Source of the DNA: Bacteroidales bacterium
GTDB lineage: Bacteria; Bacteroidota; Bacteroidia; Bacteroidales; WCHB1-69
Direction: 5' to 3'
Length of the DNA: 34,779 bases
Assembly: GCA_012838875.1 (NCBI GenBank)
Contig: DUOL01000072.1
Span: 1-34,779 of the forward strand
Below the pieces are notes generated by a model. That model had not been told where the DNA came from. It was given only the letters and a program-made list of their open reading frames with translations, and searched no databases. This document shows positions 18,504-26,947 of this stretch, one piece after another; the stretch's first letter is position 1; the number at the start of each line of letters is the position of its first letter. The position numbers and the translations under genes were made by a program.

Positions 18504-21338
18504 ATGAAAAAAATGAAAAAATTTATTCTAACATTTTTTGTCGCAATCTATACCTTCGGAATGGTTGGGATGGCGCAAAATCTTAATTCACCGATTAATA
18601 ACGACCCCAATGTTAAAATCGGCAAACTTGACAACGGACTAACCTATTACATTCGTGAAAACAAGAAGCCTGAAAATCGCGTTGAACTCCGACTTGCCGT
18701 AAATGCAGGTTCTAATCAGGAGAATGACGACCAGCAAGGTCTCGCCCACTTCACGGAACACATGGCTTTTAACGGTATTAAAGGCTTTCCGGGTAATAAG
18801 GTAATCAGTGAATTGCAAAAAATCGGAGTCTCTTTCGGAGGTGGAATTAATGCTTATACCTCTTTCGATGAAACCGTTTATATGATTCAAATGCCGACAG
18901 AAAATAAAAAACATGTCGACATGGGACTCAACATATTAAAAGGTTGGGCTTCCGGTTTGCTTTTTAATGCTAAGGAAATTGAAAGTGAGCGCGGCGTCAT
19001 CGCTGAAGAGTATCGTATGGGCTTGGGCGCTAGCGACAGAATGAGAAAAGTGTGGTGGCCTGTTCTCTTTAAAGATTCACGTTATGCAGAACGTATGCCT
19101 ATCGGCTTAATCGAAATTATTAACGGCTTTGAACATCAAACGATTAAAGATTTTTACAAAGATTGGTATCGTACTGATTTACAAGCTGTTATTGTTGTTG
19201 GAGATATCAATGCCGAGGAAATTGAGAAAATGATTATTAAAAAATTCAGCTCCATTAAACCGGTTAAAAATCCAAGAGAAAAATTGATTTATCCTATTAA
19301 GGAAAATAAAGAGCCGTTAGTTTCTATTTGTACCGACAAAGAAGCTATGGGAACGCAAGTTATGTTAGTGCGTAAACACCCTCATAATGTTATGAAAACC
19401 GTGGCAGATTATAGAAATTATATGGCAACGGAACTTTATAACATCATGTATGAATCACGGTTGACCGAGCTACAACAAGAGCCTAATTGTCCTTTTATAC
19501 AAGCCTTTACCGGTTACGGGGATTTTATCGGAAATACGGACGCTTACGTTTCACAAGCCGCCTGTAAAGAGAACAAAATTAATGAAACTATTGAGACATT
19601 AATTCGTGAAGATTACCGCGTTTTAAATCATGGGTTCTTAGAAAGTGAATTAAAACGTGCCAAAGAAGATTTGTTAAATAGGTACGAAATTGCGGCAAAA
19701 GAGGTTAATAAGACGGAATCTGCCAGATTTGCCAATGAATATGTAGCGCACTACTTGCATAAAGACCCGATTCCGGGAGCAAAAAGAGAATTATCGTATG
19801 CACAAAAATATCTTGAGGATATTACGATTGATGAAATTAATGCGTTGGCAAAAGAATGGATTACCGATGAGAACCGAGTAGCTATTATAATGGCTCCGGA
19901 CAAAGAAGAGTTAATTATGCCTACGGAGCAAGAAGTTCTTAGCATTATGAACGACAAAGAATTAGCTAACGTTTCCCCATACATTGACACTTACAAAGAA
20001 CAAGAAATTGTAGAAAAAGAATCTCTTCAGCCGGGGACCATTGTCAACACTAAAATGCTTGATGAGATTGGAGCTAAAGAATTAACTCTCTCTAACGGTA
20101 TTAAAGTTATCACTAAGAAAACCGATTATAAAAATGATGAGATTCTTTTCTCAGCAAGAAGTCGTGGCGGTTATAGTTTGTACGAAGAAGCCGATCTTGC
20201 CTCAGCCATGTTTGCTGCCGATTTGATTGACCGCGCTGGCATCGGGGAACTCAATTTATCTTCATTATTGAAAAAAATGAAAGGTAAAAAAGTCGGCGTA
20301 ACGCCCTATATTTCAGCATTAGAAGAAGGGTTGTCAGGCTCGTCCACCCCAAAAGATTTAGACTTTTTCTTCCAATATATAAATGCATTTTTCTCAGCTC
20401 CAAGATATGATACTGCCGTTTATCATTTAGTAATTAATGAAACCATAGAACAGCTGAAAATGATAAAAGCAGCGCCGATGTATCAATTTTTCGGAGAATT
20501 TTTCGGTGAAATAACTCAACATGACCCTTACCAGCATAGTATCTTGACCTATTCCGATGAATTTATCAATACGGCTAATTATGAAAGAGCTTATAATTTA
20601 TATAAAGAGAGATTTGCTAATCCCGCCGACTTCACTTTCATTTTTGTAGGGAATTTTGACGAAGAGATAATGAATGAATTGCTCACAACCTATATCGCCT
20701 CCTTGCCAACAACTTCAAAAACGGAAGAGTTTAGAGGAGAAATAATTAAGGGATTTCCCGACAAACAAGTTGATAAAGATTACTTTGCCGGCATGGAAGA
20801 GCAAAGTTGGGTAGGAATCACCTATAATAAAGAGTACCCTTGGAACGCGAAAAACAACATGATTATCGACCAAATTGGCGAGGCACTTCAAATAGAACTT
20901 ATTGAAACGATTCGTGAAAAAATGAGCGGTGTCTACTCCCCTATGTTACAAATGGGATGCGAAAAATATCCGACCTCAACTTACACGCTTCTGGTAATGT
21001 TTAGCTGTTCTCCCGATAACACGACAAAACTCTCCGATGCCGTTTTTAACATTCTCAAAACGTTCCAACAGCAAGGACCGAAAGCCGAAACGCTGGCGAA
21101 GGTTAAAGAGCAGATGATTCTTCAACATCAAAATGATTATCAAAAAAATGAAAAATGGTTAAGCTATATCTCCGGACTTTATTACAATCAGGAAGAAAAT
21201 TGGTTAGACCATGTAAATACATACAAACAGCGAGTAAACGAGATAACCAACAAGGACATCGTTAACTTTATGAACCAATATTTCGATATCAACCATTTTG
21301 TAAAGATGGAGCTTTACCCGGAAGCAATGAAAAATTAA
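18504..21338 (+). CDS. secreted M16-family (insulinase/pitrilysin-like) zinc peptidase
   Basis: 944 aa; signal peptide; inverted zincin motif HFTEH (HxxEH). Confidence 0.9.
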   Translation: MKKMKKFILTFFVAIYTFGMVGMAQNLNSPINNDPNVKIGKLDNGLTYYIRENKKPENRVELRLAVNAGSNQENDDQQGLAHFTEHMAFNGIKGFPGNKVISELQKIGVSFGGGINAYTSFDETVYMIQMPTENKKHVDMGLNILKGWASGLLFNAKEIESERGVIAEEYRMGLGASDRMRKVWWPVLFKDSRYAERMPIGLIEIINGFEHQTIKDFYKDWYRTDLQAVIVVGDINAEEIEKMIIKKFSSIKPVKNPREKLIYPIKENKEPLVSICTDKEAMGTQVMLVRKHPHNVMKTVADYRNYMATELYNIMYESRLTELQQEPNCPFIQAFTGYGDFIGNTDAYVSQAACKENKINETIETLIREDYRVLNHGFLESELKRAKEDLLNRYEIAAKEVNKTESARFANEYVAHYLHKDPIPGAKRELSYAQKYLEDITIDEINALAKEWITDENRVAIIMAPDKEELIMPTEQEVLSIMNDKELANVSPYIDTYKEQEIVEKESLQPGTIVNTKMLDEIGAKELTLSNGIKVITKKTDYKNDEILFSARSRGGYSLYEEADLASAMFAADLIDRAGIGELNLSSLLKKMKGKKVGVTPYISALEEGLSGSSTPKDLDFFFQYINAFFSAPRYDTAVYHLVINETIEQLKMIKAAPMYQFFGEFFGEITQHDPYQHSILTYSDEFINTANYERAYNLYKERFANPADFTFIFVGNFDEEIMNELLTTYIASLPTTSKTEEFRGEIIKGFPDKQVDKDYFAGMEEQSWVGITYNKEYPWNAKNNMIIDQIGEALQIELIETIREKMSGVYSPMLQMGCEKYPTSTYTLLVMFSCSPDNTTKLSDAVFNILKTFQQQGPKAETLAKVKEQMILQHQNDYQKNEKWLSYISGLYYNQEENWLDHVNTYKQRVNEITNKDIVNFMNQYFDINHFVKMELYPEAMKN

Positions 21339-21358
21339 AAGCTCTTTCTACGTTTCTG

Positions 21359-21408
21359 TCTCTCCTTTATCTCTTTCTTAATTGAGTAGGTAAAGGAGAG
21401 ATTTTTTT
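21359..21408 (+). terminator. rho-independent terminator after the M16 peptidase gene
   Basis: 11-bp stem tctctccttta/taaaggagaga, 21-nt loop, then ttttttt. Confidence 0.65.
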
Positions 21409-21444
21409 ATAATCTTATTTTCTTAATAATCAGATTTTTTATTA

Positions 21445-21553
21445 GGGCGTACCCCCTCGCTGCGCTCGGGGTCGGTCTTCGGTTCCAAGTCCGCGGGCAC
21501 AAGCCGTGGGGTCGCAAAGCGGCAAAAAGAGCTTCTAAAGTCGCTCTTTTGTG
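21445..21553 (-). repeat. GC-rich imperfect-palindrome repeat, copy D (reverse orientation, truncated just past the centre)
   Basis: gggcgtaccccctcgctgcgctcgggg...gcttctaaagtcgctcttttgtg. Similarity to the other copies stops at about 21553, where a gene remnant begins. Confidence 0.85.
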
Positions 21554-21738
21554 TCGGAAGGGCAAACTTTTACACGATATTACGGTCGTGTTTGAATATC
21601 TTCTTTAGGATAGCCATAGTCTTCAACTAATTGACGTGAAAATACTTGGACTGCTTCAATTTCTTCAGGCGGCGCAAGCTCATCTCTCCCTGATATGTAG
21701 TCAGCCTGGCAGTTTTTCTTATTCTGTAGTATATGCAT
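21554..21738 (-). pseudogene. remnant of a restriction-enzyme N-terminal (HsdR_N-like) domain gene
   Basis: A 52-aa ORF at 21580-21738 reads MHILQNKKNCQADYISGRDELAPPEEIEAVQVFSRQLVEDYGYPKEDIQTRP. After the TAA the same frame continues YRVKVCPSD and then runs into repeat copy D. The PEE..vq.f...L.edYGYPKE.I motif is typical of HsdR_N-type nuclease N-termini (recognised from memory). Confidence 0.5.
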
Positions 21739-22171
21739 TTGCTGAAAACGAAACTTTTTACTGTAAAAAAATTAATCCCTCACAACGCTAAAATTTCCCA
21801 CATTTTTCATGTTCGCTACGATAACAGTTTCGAGGGCGGTAGGGCGTCAGGAATATGGTTGGTTTACACTGGGAAGTGAGTATAGATATCATCACCCTAC
21901 TCCGGATATATCAGTAAAAGACGGGCATGTTAATAGGTATATAGTAAGATATAGAGGGAGACCATTCATTATTGAACGAAATTTTCGATGGTAATCATTT
22001 CAAAATAAAGAAGTTATTTAACTTCGTGATTTAATACTATCCTATAAATCAATCGCTGAAAAATCATTTTGTAACTTCAACAACGCTTACTCTACCAAGA
22101 ATTACATTAAAAATTGCAACGTTTAATTTCACTCTATTATTTAATTTCATGAAAAACTGTCATTCAATACA

Positions 22172-23233
22172 CTACTCATAATATTGAAATTCACGCTCTG
22201 TGATTTCTTTCGGTGTATCATTTTCGAATGCGATTCGCTTAGTCCAGTTCTTATGTTCGTCATATTCATATTGCCAACTAAATTTCTCCGATGACTTTCC
22301 TTTTGCGTTGCGTCTATTTCCTTCTATCTTATTTCCTTGCTCATCATATTTATAAGTAGTCTTCCAATCTAAACCACCTGTTGAATTGTACTCATTTATC
22401 TCTATCAACTCTCCCTGTCTATCATATTTATAACTATACTTCTCATTTAAGGTGCCGTCAAAATTGTAACGAATCATATTATATTCCATCTTATTTCCAT
22501 GCTCGTCATAATTATAAATACCCTTCCAATTAAAATTACCGTCTGCATCGCACTCATTTTCCTCAATCAATTCTCCCTGCTCATTATATTTGTATGTATA
22601 TTTATAATTTAAAATACCCTTTGCCTTATCATACTCATTTTTTTCAATCAATATCCCCTTCTCATCATATATATAAGTACGCATAATGGAGATGGCATCT
22701 CTTAAACTGTAATTTTTTTCTTTTATCATGTGTCCTTGCTTGTCATATTTATAAGTAGTTCTAAGGAATGATTTACCTTGTAAATTGTATGAACACCACT
22801 TTTCTTTAATCATTTTTCCTTTCTTGTTATACTTATAAATTTTCTTCTCTTTCAAACTATCGTTTGAAAGAGAACCTTTTTCTTCAATCATCTTTCCTTG
22901 CTTATTATATTTATAAGTATACTTCCTATCTAAACTACCATCAGAAAGATACTCATTACTTTCAATCATATTCCCTCGCTCATCATATTGCCGTTGAAAA
23001 TGATATATTACGTTTCCCTTTTTAACTTTTCCCAAACTATTAATCGCTTCATATGTGAATTGGGTATAAGTCTTAACTTTACCTTTAAGACCATCTTTCG
23101 CCCAATTGTTGGATGGTTCGCTATTCTCGCAACCTTGTCCTTGCGTTTGATTTATAAAACCAAATAGTACTAACAACACAAATGCTGTTATTCTCATCTT
23201 TTTTAAGTGTGCTAAATACATTCTATTTTTCAT
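22172..23233 (-). CDS. lipoprotein built from about 9 YD-type repeats
   Basis: 353 aa. Signal peptide with Cys (FINQTQGQGC). Recurrent Y-x-Y-[DN]-x-x-G-x-x-I-E units (YKYNKQGKMIEE, YKYDKQGHMIKE, YKYNEQGELIEE, YKYDRQGELIEI, YKYDEQGNKIEG). Confidence 0.7.
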   Translation of the reverse strand: MKNRMYLAHLKKMRITAFVLLVLFGFINQTQGQGCENSEPSNNWAKDGLKGKVKTYTQFTYEAINSLGKVKKGNVIYHFQRQYDERGNMIESNEYLSDGSLDRKYTYKYNKQGKMIEEKGSLSNDSLKEKKIYKYNKKGKMIKEKWCSYNLQGKSFLRTTYKYDKQGHMIKEKNYSLRDAISIMRTYIYDEKGILIEKNEYDKAKGILNYKYTYKYNEQGELIEENECDADGNFNWKGIYNYDEHGNKMEYNMIRYNFDGTLNEKYSYKYDRQGELIEINEYNSTGGLDWKTTYKYDEQGNKIEGNRRNAKGKSSEKFSWQYEYDEHKNWTKRIAFENDTPKEITEREFQYYE

Positions 23234-23332
23234 AATTTTTTATTTTATAACTATTTACAATCCTATTTTTAAAAGTAAATCAAACCGTCTATCGCTCAAA
23301 AAAACGTTTGATTTTTTTCAATTATATTACGA

Positions 23333-23340
23333 CAAAAGTA
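23333..23340 (-). promoter_or_regulatory. possible -7 promoter box (TACTTTTG) upstream of the YD-repeat lipoprotein gene
   Basis: Reverse complement of caaaagta, about 100 nt upstream of the ORF start. Confidence 0.3.
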
Positions 23341-23481
23341 AATATTTTTTTTTATAAATCAATAGTTTTTTTTTGCCTTATTATTTATCCCGTACTTGTA
23401 TCTTTAAATGCAACAAAAATTTCTGATTTCGAAATTTATAATGTATCCCCTTTGAGGTTAATTTTTCACTTTCCACTTTCC

Positions 23482-23648
23482 GCGTGAGGCGCTTAGGTGG
23501 AAAGCCCGCAAGGGCGGAAGCCGCTGGGGACGCGGCGGCAAAAAAGCGAGCTTGTAAGCTCTTTTTGCCGCCTTGCGACCCCACGGCTTGTGCCCGCGGA
23601 CTTGGAACCGGGCGCCGACCCGTGAGCGCTAGCGAACGGGACACGCCC
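23482..23648 (+). repeat. GC-rich imperfect-palindrome repeat, copy E (forward orientation, full length)
   Basis: 167 nt, gcgtgaggcgcttaggtgg...gggacacgccc, with 113 G+C by hand count. Followed by the tail aaaagaaaa. Confidence 0.92.
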
Positions 23649-23758
23649 AAAAGAAAATTATTACAAATTTAATTATACATTTTTTAAAGTACTTTTTTGT
23701 AAAATCCTTCGTTATTCATTATTATCATAAAAACATAATATATTTCTCAAACTGCAAA

Positions 23759-25216
23759 ATGAGAGACTTAAATCCTTTACCGTCAACACCTTACAAACTT
23801 AAAAACTTTTTAATAGGAGGAGTTATTTTTCTTACCTTGATTAGCTCTTTTCTCTTTTCTTCTTGCAGAAAGATAGAGGTTGATGAGAATGCGAGACTAC
23901 ATTTTTCCACTTCGACTATTACCTTTGACACCATTTTTTCGACTGTTGGGTCTATTACAAAACGACTTACCGTATATAATCGTAATAATTTTCCGGTTTC
24001 GGTTAATGTGCGATTGGCGGAAGGAAGCAACTCTTTTTATAGCTTAAATGTTGACGGAGAGGCTGGTCGTGAAGTGAAAAATGTTGAAATTGCCGCTCGT
24101 GACAGCATGTTTGTGCATGTAAAAGTTACATTAAATCCCGGCAACCAAAATACGCCTTTTCTTGTTCTTGATTCTATTCTTTTTCAAGTGGGAAGGAATA
24201 TTCAAGATGTTGATTTAGTGGCGTATGGACAAGATGCTCACTTTATTGTTGCCGATAAACAGGTCGGGAATATTCACTATAAAGTGGTAGCGGCGGAGCA
24301 TGAAACGACCGTTTGGACAAAGGATAAGCCGTACGTAATTTACGGTTGGGCAGCGGTGGATTCGCTTGGCAAATTGATTATTGAGCCCGGCACGAAAATA
24401 TATATACATCGAGGGGGCGGAATTTGGGTCTACCGATACGGAAATATCCAGGTGAACGGGACAAAGGACGAGCCTGTACTCTTCCGCGGAGACCGTCTCG
24501 AAAGTTGGTTTGACACAGATTACTCACAATGGGATAGAATTTGGATTAATGAAGGAAGCGAGGATAATGTAATTAAACATGCGATTATTACGAATGCTTT
24601 TATAGGGATTCAAGTGGAAGCGCTAAAAGAGTCTTTATACAATAATAATATCATTCGGCACACAATTATTAAAAATACGGCAGGAACGGGTTTACTTGCT
24701 CGAGCGAGCAAACTAACGGTTGATAATTGTCTAATCACAAATAACGGCGTTTGCGGATTGCAATTGGAAATTGGACAATACCAGTTCGAGCATGTTACCA
24801 TTGCTAACTATTTTTCACAAACTGTCAGAAAAAATCCCGCAGTTTATCTTGCCAACAGTTACACAACGCCGCTCGCGACATACGTTGGAGACGCTTCTTT
24901 TTCGTTCACCAATTGCATTGTTTACGGGAACATAGAAAATGAATTGATGATAAAAAAGTATAATGACAATACCATACAACTCCATAAAATATTTGAAAAT
25001 TGTCTTTTAAGAACTACGCTACGTGACGAAAATTTCATTGCATGCTTATACAATGAAAATCCTCAATTTAGCGATTATAGAAAACTTGATTTTACCCTTA
25101 AAGAAAATTCTCCTGCTATTGATGTGGGAAAGGTGGGACTGCAAAATAGTTACGATTTAGCAGGAAATTGGCGTGACGCTTTGCCGGATTTGGGCGCTTT
25201 TGAGTTTATCAGATAA
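23759..25216 (+). CDS. lipoprotein, probable right-handed parallel beta-helix protein (function unknown)
   Basis: 485 aa. Lipoprotein signal (LISSFLFSSC). Repetitive I/V-x-N segments (IIKNTAGTG, LITNNGVCG, VTIANY, CIVYGN) suggest beta-helix turns. Confidence 0.65.
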   Translation: MRDLNPLPSTPYKLKNFLIGGVIFLTLISSFLFSSCRKIEVDENARLHFSTSTITFDTIFSTVGSITKRLTVYNRNNFPVSVNVRLAEGSNSFYSLNVDGEAGREVKNVEIAARDSMFVHVKVTLNPGNQNTPFLVLDSILFQVGRNIQDVDLVAYGQDAHFIVADKQVGNIHYKVVAAEHETTVWTKDKPYVIYGWAAVDSLGKLIIEPGTKIYIHRGGGIWVYRYGNIQVNGTKDEPVLFRGDRLESWFDTDYSQWDRIWINEGSEDNVIKHAIITNAFIGIQVEALKESLYNNNIIRHTIIKNTAGTGLLARASKLTVDNCLITNNGVCGLQLEIGQYQFEHVTIANYFSQTVRKNPAVYLANSYTTPLATYVGDASFSFTNCIVYGNIENELMIKKYNDNTIQLHKIFENCLLRTTLRDENFIACLYNENPQFSDYRKLDFTLKENSPAIDVGKVGLQNSYDLAGNWRDALPDLGAFEFIR

Positions 25217-25319
25217 AAAAATAAAACTCTTTTCAAATTATATTTATCTGAAAATAAAATAATTAAACTTTTTTTAACAAAAAAATAGGTTTTTATGTTT
25301 TTTTATGATAAAAAAACAT

Positions 25320-25327
25320 TATATTTG
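25320..25327 (+). promoter_or_regulatory. Bacteroidota -7 promoter box (TATATTTG) upstream of the T9SS cargo gene
   Basis: tatatttgcaac lies 59 nt upstream of the ATG at 25386. Confidence 0.55.
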
Positions 25328-25385
25328 CAACCTGAAACTTTAGTTTATGAATATTATTTTTAATTGACAATTTAAAAAAATTATT

Positions 25386-26858
25386 ATGAAAAAATTAAAA
25401 CTTTTTACCATTCCATTTTTAATGATGTTTTTGGTGTTTGCATTTGGTATAGCTAAGGCACAGGAGACCATTTATTCCGAATCTTTCGGAATTATTGAAG
25501 CAAACACAAACATTGAAGACCATACGGATTTTGATGAAACTAACGTTACCTATTCCGTATCGGCTGCAACTGTAAACTTACGTATGACCAATAGTTCTGC
25601 TAACCAGTATGCGTTAGCTTCCGGAGAGGCTAATGTATTTCTAAATACTCAAGATGCTTGGTTGCAAGTTGAAGGTATTAACACTAGTCGTTATAATAAC
25701 CTTACATTAAGTTTTGGTTATCGTAAAGGTTTGAATGCGGCAACATTAGCAGATTTCCGTATTGAATACTCTACGGACGGCACAACTTGGACAGAAATAG
25801 TTCCAACTTACTGGACAAGAGGATTGCCCATTACTCAAGAAGGAACGCCCGACCAGTTTCCAACCACAAGCTCTACGGGTTGGTACTATATTACTTGCGC
25901 TGCCTCTGCCAATACTATTCCAACTACTGATAACCTCTACCTTAAATTTACAAATTTAAGACTTATGGGGAATAATGAAGTTCGTATTGATGATATTTTA
26001 TTAGTTGGTGACCGTATTCCATACGTAGCTATTATTTCTCCCGAAGATGGAGCTGTACTATCTCCTTGTGATACTGTAACTTTTGATATTGACATTCAAG
26101 ACTTCACGCTTTATTCTTCATTTCCTCCCCCAAGTGGTGACGGTTTCTTAAAAATTGAATCGGAACTTCTTGAACATCTTCCTATCCCTAACATTACAAA
26201 TCCTTATTATTGTGACCGATTAACAGCTATGGCTCTCGCTAACTATGGAGGCATGACACTCCCTGAAGGCGAATATGATATAACCGTGTCTTTGGTTGGA
26301 TTAGACAGTTTACCGCTAACTCCTCCGGCAACTCATTCTATTCATATTTCCGTAATTCGTGAAGTGGTTGCAGATCCTGAGTTTTCACTTCCCGAAGGAA
26401 CTTATAATACTCCTCAAGTAGTTGAAATTACAACTACCACCGAAGGGGCTATTATCTATTACACCGTAGACGGCACGGAACCGGACGAAACCAGCCTCGT
26501 TTATACGGAGCCGATTAACGTTGATTCTACTATGACAATTTCGGCTGTTGCTATGAAAGAGTGCGCTACGACAAGCGAGGTTATTACCGCTACTTATGAA
26601 ATTGAAGAAGAACCTTCTGCTATTGCTCATACCGCTACTTCTTCCATTAGAATCTCCCCAAATCCTGCTACCGACCTTATCACTATTACTGCAAAAGGTT
26701 ACAACCAAGTTGAAATCGTTAACTTCCTCGGTCAAGTAGTTTATCAAAATGATTTCACCGATGTACGTCAAATTAACATTGCCGACCTTAATGCAGGCAT
26801 CTATTTTGTTCGTTTAAAAGGTGATACCACTATTACAAAGAAATTCATTAAGAAATAA
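25386..26858 (+). CDS. secreted T9SS cargo protein (unknown N-terminal jelly-roll-like domain, chitobiase/Hex C-terminal-like domain, type A sorting domain)
   Basis: 490 aa with signal peptide. FSLPEGTYNTPQVVEITTTTEGAIIYYTVDGTEPDETSLVY resembles the CHB_HEX_C-type domain. The C-terminus ISPNPATDLITI...LNAGIYFVRLKGDTTITKKFIK matches the T9SS Por-tail pattern. Confidence 0.85.
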   Translation: MKKLKLFTIPFLMMFLVFAFGIAKAQETIYSESFGIIEANTNIEDHTDFDETNVTYSVSAATVNLRMTNSSANQYALASGEANVFLNTQDAWLQVEGINTSRYNNLTLSFGYRKGLNAATLADFRIEYSTDGTTWTEIVPTYWTRGLPITQEGTPDQFPTTSSTGWYYITCAASANTIPTTDNLYLKFTNLRLMGNNEVRIDDILLVGDRIPYVAIISPEDGAVLSPCDTVTFDIDIQDFTLYSSFPPPSGDGFLKIESELLEHLPIPNITNPYYCDRLTAMALANYGGMTLPEGEYDITVSLVGLDSLPLTPPATHSIHISVIREVVADPEFSLPEGTYNTPQVVEITTTTEGAIIYYTVDGTEPDETSLVYTEPINVDSTMTISAVAMKECATTSEVITATYEIEEEPSAIAHTATSSIRISPNPATDLITITAKGYNQVEIVNFLGQVVYQNDFTDVRQINIADLNAGIYFVRLKGDTTITKKFIKK

Positions 26859-26880
26859 TAGTCTTTAAGAGACTTTTTTA

Positions 26881-26919
26881 AGAGAGAGAATTTAGTTTTA
26901 AGTTCTCTCTCTTTTTTTT
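26881..26919 (+). terminator. rho-independent terminator after the T9SS cargo gene
   Basis: 10-bp stem agagagagaa/ttctctctct, 12-nt loop, then a run of T. Confidence 0.75.
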
Positions 26920-26920
26920 G

Positions 26921-26928
26921 TATTTTTG
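26921..26928 (+). promoter_or_regulatory. Bacteroidota -7 promoter box (TATTTTTG) upstream of valS
   Basis: tatttttg ends 19 nt upstream of the valS ATG. Confidence 0.5.
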
Positions 26929-26947
26929 CTTTTCAAAAAAAAGATAG

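Noticed and set aside
21809-21994. 61-aa ORF (MFATITVSRAVGRQEYGW...) in the degraded interval between the restriction-gene remnant and the YD-repeat gene
   Set aside because: No recognisable motif, promoter box or signal. It may be another gene fragment, but I cannot support a call.
1-23648. GC-rich repeats as a CRISPR array, or as a known self-cleaving ribozyme
   Set aside because: The copies are about 165 nt long, 2.3-13.7 kb apart and alternate in orientation, so they are not a CRISPR array. I saw no hammerhead CUGAUGA core and no convincing twister-like core by eye. This needs a covariance-model search to settle.
23381-23672. ORFs of 89 aa (minus strand) and 62 aa (plus strand) inside repeat copy E, with a peptide similar to the copy B ORF (GRRPVPSPRAQAVG...)
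   Set aside because: The peptide similarity only reflects the DNA repeat. The frame is not conserved in copies C and D. These are likely spurious 'hypothetical proteins' that could pollute annotation.
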